This document shows positions 34,344-43,905 of a DNA stretch of 51,411 bases, piece by piece. The notes below the pieces were generated by a model, which searched no databases, was not told the origin of the DNA, and saw only the letters and a list, made by a program, of their open reading frames with translations. Position numbers and translations under genes: made by a program. The stretch comes from Phocaeicola dorei (lineage in GTDB: Bacteria > Bacillota_I > Bacilli_A > RFN20 > CAG-288). Where the stretch lies: positions 1-51,411 of the forward strand of contig CAVFIT010000027.1 in the NCBI GenBank assembly GCA_963622735.1. The letters are read 5' to 3'. Position 1 is the stretch's first letter. The number at the start of each line of letters is the position of its first letter.

Positions 34344-35884
34344 TGAAATTCAATGCTTTATTTATATCAGCAACATCCGCTTGTTTTGAATTAGTTAATA
34401 ACGATATTTATTTTTGTAAAGATAAATATGATGTTTTAGTTAACGGTGAAAAAGTTTTATCTGATATAAATACAAATGTATTTTCTATTTATGATTTACA
34501 ACCTAATAGAAAATATACCATTCAAGTAGGAGATGATAAACTTGATATCACTACAAAAAATGTCTCTATTATTCTTCATTCAAAAGATTTTGTAAATCCT
34601 TCAAAAACTAATGATGATACATTGACTTTACAAGCTGCAATTAATTGCTTACCTAAAAATGGATTATTAGTTATTGATGAAGGTGATTATCATATTACAA
34701 CATTATTTTTAAAATCTGATATGACTTTACAGCTTAATAAAGGTGCTAGATTGTTAGCAAATACTGATATTAATAGTTACCCTTTAATTCCTGGTGAAGC
34801 TAAATATTATGATTCAGATAAAATGATGCAACTTGGTTGTTGGGAAGGTAATCCATTTGTTTGTAAAACAAGTATTATTACAGCTTTCCATCAAGAAAAC
34901 ATTGATATTGTCGGTTTAGGTACAATTGATGGACAAGCTCAAAATTCTGATTTCTGGAAAGATGTTAAAAAACTACCTTGGGGTAGACCTAGAGATATTC
35001 ATTTCAACGATTGTAAAAATCTAAATATGCATGGTGTTACTATTTGTAATACACCTTGTTGGACAATTCACCCTTATTTTTGTGATCACACAGGTTGGTA
35101 TGATTTAATTGTTAATAATCCTGCTACTGGAGCTCCTAATACTGATGGTATGGATCCAGAAGCTTGTGATGATATTAAAGTAATTGGTGTAAATTTCTCA
35201 GTTGGTGATGATTGTATTGCTGTTAAATCTGGTAAATACTATATTGGTAAAACCTATAAAAAACCTACAAAGAATTTAGTTATTAGAAACTGCTACATGC
35301 ATAGAGGCCATGGTGGGGTAGTTCTAGGTAGTGAAATTGGTGCTGGTACAAAAGATATTCAAGTTGAAAGATGTATCTTTGAAGGTACTGATAGAGGCTT
35401 AAGAATAAAAACTAGAAGAGGAAGAGGCAAAGATTCAGTTATTGATGGTGTCGTATTTAAAGATATCATTATGAAAAATGTTTTAACTCCTTTAGTTGTA
35501 AATATGTTCTATTTTTGTGATCCTGATGGAAAAACAGAATATGTTTATTCAAAAGAAAAATTACCTGTAGATGACAAAACACCTTATATAGGTAGTTTCG
35601 TATTTGACAATATTCACGCTACAAACGCTGAATATGCATTAGGTTGGTTTTATGGATTACCTGAACAACCTATCGGTTCAATTACTATTAAAAATTCATC
35701 ATTTACAGTTAAAAAAGACGCAAAGCCTGGTATGCCTGCAATGATGTCTTATATTGATGAACAATGTAAACTTGGTTTTTACTTTAATAACGTTAAAAAT
35801 GTTAAATTTGAAAATGTAGAAGCAAGTGGATTTGAAGGTGAAAAAGTTATTTTAAATAACGTAGATTCATTTAAAGAGGAATAA
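34343..35884 (+). CDS. Glycoside hydrolase family 28 (exo-polygalacturonase type) with N-terminal beta-sandwich domain
   Basis: GH28 motifs NTDGMDPE, GDDCIAVKSG, RGHGGVVLGSE and RIKT. Confidence 0.9.
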   Translation: MKFNALFISATSACFELVNNDIYFCKDKYDVLVNGEKVLSDINTNVFSIYDLQPNRKYTIQVGDDKLDITTKNVSIILHSKDFVNPSKTNDDTLTLQAAINCLPKNGLLVIDEGDYHITTLFLKSDMTLQLNKGARLLANTDINSYPLIPGEAKYYDSDKMMQLGCWEGNPFVCKTSIITAFHQENIDIVGLGTIDGQAQNSDFWKDVKKLPWGRPRDIHFNDCKNLNMHGVTICNTPCWTIHPYFCDHTGWYDLIVNNPATGAPNTDGMDPEACDDIKVIGVNFSVGDDCIAVKSGKYYIGKTYKKPTKNLVIRNCYMHRGHGGVVLGSEIGAGTKDIQVERCIFEGTDRGLRIKTRRGRGKDSVIDGVVFKDIIMKNVLTPLVVNMFYFCDPDGKTEYVYSKEKLPVDDKTPYIGSFVFDNIHATNAEYALGWFYGLPEQPIGSITIKNSSFTVKKDAKPGMPAMMSYIDEQCKLGFYFNNVKNVKFENVEASGFEGEKVILNNVDSFKEE

Positions 35885-35886
35885 TA

Positions 35887-36441
35887 ATGCAAGATGTAAA
35901 TTATATTTATTTATCAATGACAACATCAATTGATAATTCTATTATCATGAAGATGTTTTCGCGTATTTTAAGTGATTATAAATATGATATAGATTTTGTA
36001 GATGATGTTATTAGTTTATCTTTAAATGGTGGTAGTAAGTCATTATCAATTTTACAAGCTAGTTTACAAGCGATGGGAGAAGATGTTAATACTCATTTTA
36101 AAGGATTAGTTTGTCCTTGCTTTAATGATAATTTTCCTAAATACTTAAAATTTGTAAAAGAAGATAAATTTTTATACCTTTTTGAAATTTCTCAAATGCA
36201 TAAAGACTTATATTGTGATAATATAAATATGTTAGATGGTATTGATGATTATACACTTGAATCAGTTAAGTGTTACATCGAAATGGGAAATTCACCTACA
36301 CTAGCTGCTTATAAGTTATTTGTTCATAGAAATACAATTACTTATAGAGTTGATAAATTTACTCAAGATTTAAGAATTGATTTATCAAGCTTTCCTAATT
36401 GTGTGTTTATTTACAATCTTATTTCAGCAAAATTAAATTAA
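35887..36441 (+). CDS. Short PucR/CdaR-type C-terminal HTH protein (candidate local regulator)
   Basis: C-terminal SPTLAAYKLFVHRNTITYRVDKF resembles the PucR HTH. Only 184 aa, and the usual large sensor domains are absent. Confidence 0.6.
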   Translation: MQDVNYIYLSMTTSIDNSIIMKMFSRILSDYKYDIDFVDDVISLSLNGGSKSLSILQASLQAMGEDVNTHFKGLVCPCFNDNFPKYLKFVKEDKFLYLFEISQMHKDLYCDNINMLDGIDDYTLESVKCYIEMGNSPTLAAYKLFVHRNTITYRVDKFTQDLRIDLSSFPNCVFIYNLISAKLN

Positions 36442-36570
36442 TTTAATCCTAGAAATAGGTTAAATACATAAACAAAAACCCCAGTTTATGTTATAAAAAA
36501 GAAAGTGTGCATTTCTAATGGGTATTTTAAAAAGAAAATGCTATAAGCACAAATAGCTAGGAGGTTATAT

Positions 36571-37188
36571 ATGGATGTATTAAGTAGAGTTCATGAGATT
36601 GGTATTGTTCCAGTTGTTGTTTTAAACAAAGTAGAAGATACAATTCCAACAATGAAGACTTTAGTAGAAGGGGATGTTCCTGTAGCAGAAATTTGCTTTA
36701 GAACTCCTTGTGCAGCAGAATGTATTAAATTAGCTGCTAAAGAATGTAAAGATGTTTTAGTCGGTGCAGGTACAGTAATTAACGCTGAACAATGTGAACA
36801 AGCTATCGCTTGTGGTGCTAAATTCATCGTTTCACCTGGTTTTTCTCAAGGTGTATGTGATGTTTGTAAAAAACACAATATTCCTTACTTACCTGGTATT
36901 GTTACACCTACAGAAGTTATTCAAGCAATTGATAATGGCATTACAACAGTCAAATTCTTCCCAGCAGGTGTATTTGGCGGTTTAAAAGCTATCAAGGCAA
37001 TGGGTGCTGCATTTACAACAGTTAAATTCATGCCTACAGGTGGTGTTGATAATTCTAATTTAGCAGAATTTGTTCAATGTGATAAAATCATTGCTTGTGG
37101 TGGTTCTTGGTTATTAAAAGGAACTCATGAAGAACAAGTTGCTAAATGTTTAGAAGCTAGAAAGATTATTAAGGAGAATAGAAAATAA
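36571..37188 (+). CDS. eda: 2-dehydro-3-deoxyphosphogluconate (KDPG) aldolase
   Basis: 205 aa; GIVPVVVL, AEICFRTP, GAGTV, KFFPA and PTGGV. Confidence 0.9.
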   Translation: MDVLSRVHEIGIVPVVVLNKVEDTIPTMKTLVEGDVPVAEICFRTPCAAECIKLAAKECKDVLVGAGTVINAEQCEQAIACGAKFIVSPGFSQGVCDVCKKHNIPYLPGIVTPTEVIQAIDNGITTVKFFPAGVFGGLKAIKAMGAAFTTVKFMPTGGVDNSNLAEFVQCDKIIACGGSWLLKGTHEEQVAKCLEARKIIKENRK

Positions 37189-38213
37189 TGGCAAAAGTAG
37201 TTACAATGGGAGAAATCATGTTAAGATTATCTTCTGCAGGAAATTCAAGATTTGTTCAAGCTCAATCTTTAGATGTATGCTATGGTGGTGGTGAAGCTAA
37301 CGTTGCAGTTTCATTAGCAAACTATGGTCATGATGCATATTTTGTATCTAAAGTCCCTGATCATGAAATTGGTCAATGTGCAGTTAATGCTTTAAGAAGA
37401 TATGGCGTTCATGATGATTATATCGCAAGAGGCGGTGATCGTTTAGGTATCTATTATTTAGAAACTGGTGCTTCTATGAGAGCAAGTAAAGTTATCTATG
37501 ATAGAGCTAACTCTGCTATTGCTGAAGCTGATGCTTCTGATTTCGATTTTGATAAGATTTTTGAAGGTGCTTCTTGGTTCCACTGGTCTGGAATTACTCC
37601 AGCTATTTCTGATAAATCAGCTGAAAATTTAAAATTAGCTCTTATCGCTGCTAAAAAGCATGGTGTTACAGTTTCTTGTGACTTAAACTTCCGTAAAAAA
37701 TTATGGACATCTGAAAAAGCTATTTCTATCATGAAACCTTTAATGAAATATGTTGATGTCTGTATCGGTAATGAAGAAGATGCTGAATTATGCTTAGGCT
37801 TTAAACCTGATGCTGATGTTACTGGTGGTAAAACAGATGCTGCTGGTTATCATAAGATTTTTGAACAAATGGCTAAAGAATTTGGATTCAAATATGTTGT
37901 TTCAACATTAAGAGAATCATATTCTGCTACACATAATGGTTGGAAAGCTTTAATTTATAACGGAAAAGATTTCTATGAATCCAAACATTATGACATTAAC
38001 CCTATTATCGATAGAGTTGGTGGTGGTGACTCTTTCTCTGGCGGTTTAATTCACGGTTTATTAAAATGGCCTGAAGATCAAGGTAAAGCCCTTGAATTTG
38101 CAGTTGCTGCTTCTGCTTTAAAGCATACAATTCCTGGAGATTTAAACTTAGTCTCTGAAAAAGAAGTTCTTGCTTTAGCTGGCGGTGATGCTTCTGGTAG
38201 AGTTCAAAGATAA
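37188..38213 (+). CDS. kdgK: 2-dehydro-3-deoxygluconokinase, copy 2
   Basis: TMGEIMLRL...YGGGEANVAVSL...DRVGGGDSFSGG. Confidence 0.9.
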   Translation: MAKVVTMGEIMLRLSSAGNSRFVQAQSLDVCYGGGEANVAVSLANYGHDAYFVSKVPDHEIGQCAVNALRRYGVHDDYIARGGDRLGIYYLETGASMRASKVIYDRANSAIAEADASDFDFDKIFEGASWFHWSGITPAISDKSAENLKLALIAAKKHGVTVSCDLNFRKKLWTSEKAISIMKPLMKYVDVCIGNEEDAELCLGFKPDADVTGGKTDAAGYHKIFEQMAKEFGFKYVVSTLRESYSATHNGWKALIYNGKDFYESKHYDINPIIDRVGGGDSFSGGLIHGLLKWPEDQGKALEFAVAASALKHTIPGDLNLVSEKEVLALAGGDASGRVQR

Positions 38214-38234
38214 TTAACTTTTTGATAAAAATAA

Positions 38235-38265
38235 AGATATGTTAGATTTCTAGCATATCTTTTTA
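38235..38265 (+). terminator. Rho-independent terminator
   Basis: AGATATG ... CATATCT followed by TTTT. Confidence 0.7.
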
Positions 38266-38284
38266 TAATTTATAATTATAAATA

Positions 38285-38293
38285 TGTTAAAAT
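38285..38293 (+). promoter_or_regulatory. Extended -10 promoter element (TGtTAAAAT) for kduI
   Basis: TG 38285-38286 and TAAAAT 38288-38293, about 30 nt upstream of ATG 38322. Confidence 0.5.
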
Positions 38294-38321
38294 ATATTAT
38301 ATAAGGAGATTATAAATAATC

Positions 38322-39158
38322 ATGAAATTAACAGTTAGAGATTATTGCAATCAAAAAGATTACAAACATTATGACACAGCTAGATTAAGAGAAGAATTCT
38401 TAATCGAAGATGTATTTGGTATCGATGAAGCTAAATTCACATATTCTTACATTGATAGAATTATTGCAGGTGGTATTGTCCCTGCTAGTAAAGAAGTAGT
38501 TTTAGATTCCGCCCCTGAACTTAGATCACCTACATTTTTGGCAAGAAGAGAAATGGGTGTTATTAATATCGGCGGTAAAGGTATTATTAAAGTAGATGGT
38601 GTTAAATATGAATTAGGTACATGGGATGCTATTTATATTGGTAGAGGAGTTAAAGTAGTTACTTTTGATTCTGTTGATTATAAAAATCCTGCTAAATTCT
38701 ACATCAATTCTTGTCCTGCTCATAAAGAATATCCTACAGTTTTAATTCCAAAAGAAAAAGCTGATAATAGACATATCGGTAGTAAAGAAGGATGTAATGA
38801 AAGAACAATTCATAGATATATTGTTCCTGAAACATGTAAATCCTGTCAATTAGATATGGGATTAACTCATCTTGAAGAAGGTTCAATTTGGAACACAATG
38901 CCTTGCCATACACATGCAAGAAGAATGGAAGTTTATCTCTATTTTGATATTAAACCCACAGATTGTGTATTCCACTTTATGGGTCCTGGTGATGAAACAA
39001 GACACATAGTTATGCATAATGAAGAAGCTGTCATTTCACCTAGCTGGTCTATTCACTCTGGTGCTGGTACTAGAAACTATACCTTTATTTGGGGTATGTG
39101 TGGTGAAAATCAAGACTTTGATGATATGGATGAAATCTCACCAAAGGATTTAAAATAA
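38322..39158 (+). CDS. kduI: 5-dehydro-4-deoxy-D-glucuronate isomerase
   Basis: 278 aa cupin; typical KduI length and N-terminus; HTHARRMEVYLYF metal-site region. Confidence 0.85.
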   Translation: MKLTVRDYCNQKDYKHYDTARLREEFLIEDVFGIDEAKFTYSYIDRIIAGGIVPASKEVVLDSAPELRSPTFLARREMGVINIGGKGIIKVDGVKYELGTWDAIYIGRGVKVVTFDSVDYKNPAKFYINSCPAHKEYPTVLIPKEKADNRHIGSKEGCNERTIHRYIVPETCKSCQLDMGLTHLEEGSIWNTMPCHTHARRMEVYLYFDIKPTDCVFHFMGPGDETRHIVMHNEEAVISPSWSIHSGAGTRNYTFIWGMCGENQDFDDMDEISPKDLK

Positions 39159-39172
39159 TTATATAAGAAAAT

Positions 39173-39201
39173 AACTGCTGATTGATTAGTCAGCAGTTTT
39201 T
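39173..39201. terminator. Bidirectional terminator
   Basis: AACTGCTGA / TCAGCAGTT followed by a T-run; convergent genes on both sides. Confidence 0.75.
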
Positions 39202-39231
39202 AAATTCAATTAAATATTTAAAATTAATTTA

Positions 39232-39726
39232 TTAGTTTGAAGAGTTTTCTGTATTATTATTAGTATTACTATTATTTTCCTTTTTGATATTTTTCTTAAG
39301 TGGTATTACTAAACAGTTATATAAAAAACCTAAGCCTAATGATAATCCTGTTACTAGCGCCATTAAATATTCATATAATCTTTTTGTATCTACATCTGGT
39401 TCAGAAAATAATTTACTAGTAAACCCTAAAAATACATATAAATAGACTACGCCACCTACTAAAAATGCGATTTTTAAAATAATTCTAATAATAAAATAGA
39501 CTTTATAATATACTTTGCTTAATGAGTTAGCTAATAAAACAGAGAATAATAATATAAAGAAACTAATATAAATACTATGAATAAATAAACATCTTTTAAT
39601 ATATTCAGGTTCATTTTTTAAATAAAATATTTGTTCATTTAAATATGCCAAAGGAATAATAAGCGAAATTAATATAATTAAATATATAATGTATTTATTT
39701 CTAAAAAGAAATTTAATTGCTTTCAT
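39232..39726 (-). CDS. Uncharacterised 4-TM membrane protein with Asn-rich tail
   Basis: 164 aa, four hydrophobic segments; 12 nt downstream of the secreted-protein gene. Confidence 0.65.
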   Translation of the reverse strand: MKAIKFLFRNKYIIYLIILISLIIPLAYLNEQIFYLKNEPEYIKRCLFIHSIYISFFILLFSVLLANSLSKVYYKVYFIIRIILKIAFLVGGVVYLYVFLGFTSKLFSEPDVDTKRLYEYLMALVTGLSLGLGFLYNCLVIPLKKNIKKENNSNTNNNTENSSN

Positions 39727-39738
39727 AAAAATACTCCT

Positions 39739-40707
39739 TTATTTTGAAACAAAAGTTGTAGAAGTGATTACTTCATCTATAGTTGGCTTATTAATAAATT
39801 GATACCAAGGGACATTTATTTTTATAAAGGGAGCTGAAGTAGATAGTTCTAAATCAGAAAAATTAATGCTTCTTCCACTTTTTTGATGAGAATAATATCC
39901 AGAAAAACTTGATCTTACAACAGTTGAATAGACAGGAGCAAAATAGGCTCCTAAAGTAAATGAAAAATTACTATATTGTTGTTTTAACAGTGATTCTTGA
40001 TTTCCATAATCAGGATCAGGTTTTGTTTCAACGTATCTATCAGCAGGTAGTGTATATTTTAATAAAAAATGTTGACCTATACCATAAGAAAAACTATCAA
40101 TATCTGTTGAATAACTATCTTTTGTTATTGTATGTGATTTTGTATATTCTTCATGTTTAGGTGAAGAAATGGATGATTTATAGTCATAATAATAGTATTC
40201 ATCATAGAATAATTTGGATGAAAATTTCATTTTTTGACCTGAATTAGTATTAACATATTGCATTTGATTTTCATTACCAAAATAAACTCCTATTATATCA
40301 GTCAATCTATCTGCAGGTGTTACTAACCAATCAACATTTACCTTTACATAATAATAACTTGAAGCAACATTTTCAATATTAAACCATGTAACATAGGTTT
40401 CAATTTTTCTATTATTTTTTGATGAACTTGAATTACCATCAATATTAGCTTTTTTAATCTTATCATTTTTATTTGAAAATTTAGATATAGAAACTATATT
40501 CATTTTAGAATATTCAAGTAGTTCGTTTTTAGTCAAAGATTTAATTTCTTTATCAGTTACACCCATACTAAGCATCTTATTGTAGTCTGTTTGATAAATT
40601 TTTAAGCCATTATCATTTATCATTACTAAATTACTATTTGATTTTGTAAATATAGTTGATTGTAAACATATAGTTAATATTATACTTGTTAATATGTTTT
40701 TTTTCAT
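39739..40707 (-). CDS. Secreted Tyr/Ser-rich protein of unknown function
   Basis: Signal peptide MKKNILTSIILTICLQSTIFT; 322 aa with beta-rich, aromatic-rich composition. Confidence 0.7.
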   Translation of the reverse strand: MKKNILTSIILTICLQSTIFTKSNSNLVMINDNGLKIYQTDYNKMLSMGVTDKEIKSLTKNELLEYSKMNIVSISKFSNKNDKIKKANIDGNSSSSKNNRKIETYVTWFNIENVASSYYYVKVNVDWLVTPADRLTDIIGVYFGNENQMQYVNTNSGQKMKFSSKLFYDEYYYYDYKSSISSPKHEEYTKSHTITKDSYSTDIDSFSYGIGQHFLLKYTLPADRYVETKPDPDYGNQESLLKQQYSNFSFTLGAYFAPVYSTVVRSSFSGYYSHQKSGRSINFSDLELSTSAPFIKINVPWYQFINKPTIDEVITSTTFVSK

Positions 40708-40814
40708 ATTTGATAAATAACTCTCCCTTTACTAGTCTATTAGATATATTGTTTATTGTCAACAACTTTAAATAAAACTAAAATGAATATTGAACTTTTA
40801 AAATTTCACCTATA

Positions 40815-40862
40815 TAAAAAGACTGTTTCCAACCTATTTATTATCTAGGTTTTCAACAGTCT
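40815..40862 (-). terminator. Rho-independent terminator of ppdK
   Basis: On the minus strand: AGACTGTTGAAAACCT...AGGTTGGAAACAGTCT long hairpin followed by TTTTT. Confidence 0.75.
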
Positions 40863-40876
40863 ATTTGTTTTAAATA

Positions 40877-43567
40877 TTAGTAAGAATATTTACCATCAGC
40901 TTTGATTTTAGCATGAGCTGCAGCAAGTCTTGCACCTGGAACTCTAAATGGAGAACAAGAAACATAGTCAATACCTGCATCTTGGAATATTTCAATTGAT
41001 TCAGGATCACCACCTGCTTCACCACAAATACCACAATGTAAATCAGGGTTAACTTGTTTACCTTCTTTTACTGATAAAGCGATTAAACGTTTAACAGCAT
41101 CAGCATCAATTGTCTTAAATGGATCAAAGTCCAATAAGTTATTATCTAAATATTGATTGATAAATGTAGAATAATCGTTTCTAGAAAATCCATAAGTGAA
41201 TTGAGTTAAATCGTTTGTACCATAAGAGAAGTAAGCAGCGTGTGCACCAATTTCTCCACCTGTTAAAGCGGCACGAGGAGTTTCAATCATTGTACCAACA
41301 ATGTATTTGAGTTTCTTATCATAACTAGATTCAGAAATGATTTTATCAGCAACTTCACTTACTAAGTTTTTGATAAAGACAAATTCTTTATCTTCAACAA
41401 CTTGAGGAACCATGATAGAAGCAGTAATATGAACTTTCTTACCTTTAGTTTTAGATAATGTTTCTTCAGCTCTTAAAGCAGCTTTAATAACAGCTTCAGC
41501 TTGCATTTTACCAATTTCAGGATAGACAACATCTAATCTACATCCACGTAAACCCATCATAGGATTTGTCATATGAAGTTGACGAATTCTTGCTTTAATA
41601 GCATCAACTGATTTGCCAGTTTTATTTGCTAAATCAATAATATCTTCTTCTTTAGAAGGTAAGTATTCATCTAAAGGTGGATCAAGTAATCTTACATTGA
41701 GATTTAATCCATTTAAGGCTAAATACATATTATAGAAATCTTCTTCTTGGAATTTTTCTAATTGATTTAAGTATTTAACTCTTTCTTGGGTTGTATCAGA
41801 TAAGATCATTTCTTGCATGATAATTAATCTATCTTTACCTCTAAACATGTGTTCAGTTCTACATAAGCCAATACCTTTAGCACCAAATCTAATTGAATTT
41901 TTGGCTTCTTCAGGAGTGTCAGCATTTGCAAATACTTCAATATGAGCATATTTATCAGCCCATTTTAAGATTTTAATAAAGTTAGGATTATCTCCACCTT
42001 CTTTAGTTTGGACTTCACCATCATAAATAACACCAGTAGAACCATTAATAGAGATGATATCGCCTTGTTTATAAGTGTGACCATTTAATGTCATTGTTTT
42101 ATTAACTTCATCAACTATTAATTCTGAACAGCCAGTAACACATGTTTTACCAATTTGTCTAGCAACAACAGCAGCATGAGAAGTCATACCACCTCTTTTT
42201 GTTAAAACACCTTGAGCAGCAACCATACCAGCTAAATCTTCAGGAGATGTTTCACCTCTTACTAATATTAATTTAGCTTTCTTGTCTTTTTTAACTAAAT
42301 CCATAGCTTCTTCAGCTGTAAAGACAATATGACCAACAGCAGCACCAGGACCAGCAGGATTACCTCTACCAATAATTGTAGCTTTCTTTTCTGATTCAGT
42401 TACAAATGTAGGGTGTAATAATTGATCTAAGGATCTGGGATCAACTCTTAAAAGAGCTTCTTGTTCATTAACTAATCCTTCTTTAACTAAATCTGAAGCA
42501 ATTTGTAAAGCGGCAGGACCAGTTCTTTTACCATTTCTTGTTTGTAAGAAATATAATGTACCATCTTCTACTGTAAATTCAAAATCTTGCATATCTTTAT
42601 AATGCTTTTCTAATTTTTTAGCAGAAGTGACTAATTGTTTATAAATATTTGGTTGTTGTTTTTCTAATGCATCGATATGTAAAGGAGTTCTAATACCAGC
42701 AACAACATCTTCACCTTGGGCTTCAATTAAGTATTCAGCAAAGATTTTATTTTTACCATCTGTAGGTTGTCTAGTAAAACCAACGCCAGTACCAGAGTTT
42801 TGATTCATGTTACCAAATGCCATCATTTGAACATTAACAGCTGTACCCCATGAATAAGGAATGTTATTCATTTTTCTATATAAGTCAGCTCTAGGATTGT
42901 CCCATGAAGAGAAGATAGCTTTTACAGCTGTCATTAATTGTTGTTTTGGATCAGAAGGAAAATCTTCTTTGAATGTATCTTTATAGTATTTTTTATATTT
43001 ACTAATTAATGTTTTTAAATCATCAACATCAACTTCAAAATCGTTTTTAAGTCCTTTTTCTTTTTTGATTTGATCTAACATTGCATCCATGTTATCTCTT
43101 GGATGTCCTTTAGCAATATTAGTAAACATTAAGATAAATCTTCTATAGCAATCATAAGCGAATCTAGGTTTACCAGATTGTTTTGCTAAAGCTTCAACAG
43201 ATTGATCGTTTAAACCTAAGTTTAAAATTGTATCCATCATACCAGGCATACTAACTCTAGCACCAGATCTAACTGATACTAATAAAGGTTTAGGTCCTTT
43301 ACCAAATGTTTTACCTGTTCTTTTTTCTAACTCTTTAATACCTTGTTCAATTTGCTTTTCTAATAAAGCAGGTATTTTCTTTTTTGAATCATAATAAAGA
43401 GTACAAGCTTGTGTAGTGATAGTAAATCCATCAGGAATAGTAATGCCGATATGAGCCATTTCAGCTAAACCAGCACCTTTACCACCTAAAAGAGGTTTAC
43501 CAAGACCATAAGCGTCTTTAAAAGCATATACATATTGAATAGCTTTTGTATTTTGTTTTGTAGACAT
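40877..43567 (-). CDS. ppdK: Pyruvate, phosphate dikinase
   Basis: 896 aa; phospho-His loop RGGMTSHAAVVARQIG; GLCRTEHMF; PEP-utilising TIM barrel C-terminus. Confidence 0.95.
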   Translation of the reverse strand: MSTKQNTKAIQYVYAFKDAYGLGKPLLGGKGAGLAEMAHIGITIPDGFTITTQACTLYYDSKKKIPALLEKQIEQGIKELEKRTGKTFGKGPKPLLVSVRSGARVSMPGMMDTILNLGLNDQSVEALAKQSGKPRFAYDCYRRFILMFTNIAKGHPRDNMDAMLDQIKKEKGLKNDFEVDVDDLKTLISKYKKYYKDTFKEDFPSDPKQQLMTAVKAIFSSWDNPRADLYRKMNNIPYSWGTAVNVQMMAFGNMNQNSGTGVGFTRQPTDGKNKIFAEYLIEAQGEDVVAGIRTPLHIDALEKQQPNIYKQLVTSAKKLEKHYKDMQDFEFTVEDGTLYFLQTRNGKRTGPAALQIASDLVKEGLVNEQEALLRVDPRSLDQLLHPTFVTESEKKATIIGRGNPAGPGAAVGHIVFTAEEAMDLVKKDKKAKLILVRGETSPEDLAGMVAAQGVLTKRGGMTSHAAVVARQIGKTCVTGCSELIVDEVNKTMTLNGHTYKQGDIISINGSTGVIYDGEVQTKEGGDNPNFIKILKWADKYAHIEVFANADTPEEAKNSIRFGAKGIGLCRTEHMFRGKDRLIIMQEMILSDTTQERVKYLNQLEKFQEEDFYNMYLALNGLNLNVRLLDPPLDEYLPSKEEDIIDLANKTGKSVDAIKARIRQLHMTNPMMGLRGCRLDVVYPEIGKMQAEAVIKAALRAEETLSKTKGKKVHITASIMVPQVVEDKEFVFIKNLVSEVADKIISESSYDKKLKYIVGTMIETPRAALTGGEIGAHAAYFSYGTNDLTQFTYGFSRNDYSTFINQYLDNNLLDFDPFKTIDADAVKRLIALSVKEGKQVNPDLHCGICGEAGGDPESIEIFQDAGIDYVSCSPFRVPGARLAAAHAKIKADGKYSY

Positions 43568-43905
43568 ATAATCTCCTTCTAATTATTTTATGCACTTTAA
43601 AAAATGCATGTTACCACTACTATTATATATGTATTTTATGCTTAAAAACATAAAAATTTGATAAGATTTTATAGAATATTTAAAAATGAATTATTTTTGC
43701 ATGAATTAGAGTATTAATTATATGAATAAATATTAAGATGAGAATATAAAAATAAAATTTTTAAAATTTAATTTATGTTAAAATTTACTTAAAATATTGT
43801 TATTGATAAAATGATAGTGTAAGGGCATACATATATTATAAAAGGAAGTCTATATGAAAAATAAAAAATAAAAAATTTATTGATTTGTGTGAGCTTACTT
43901 AATAT

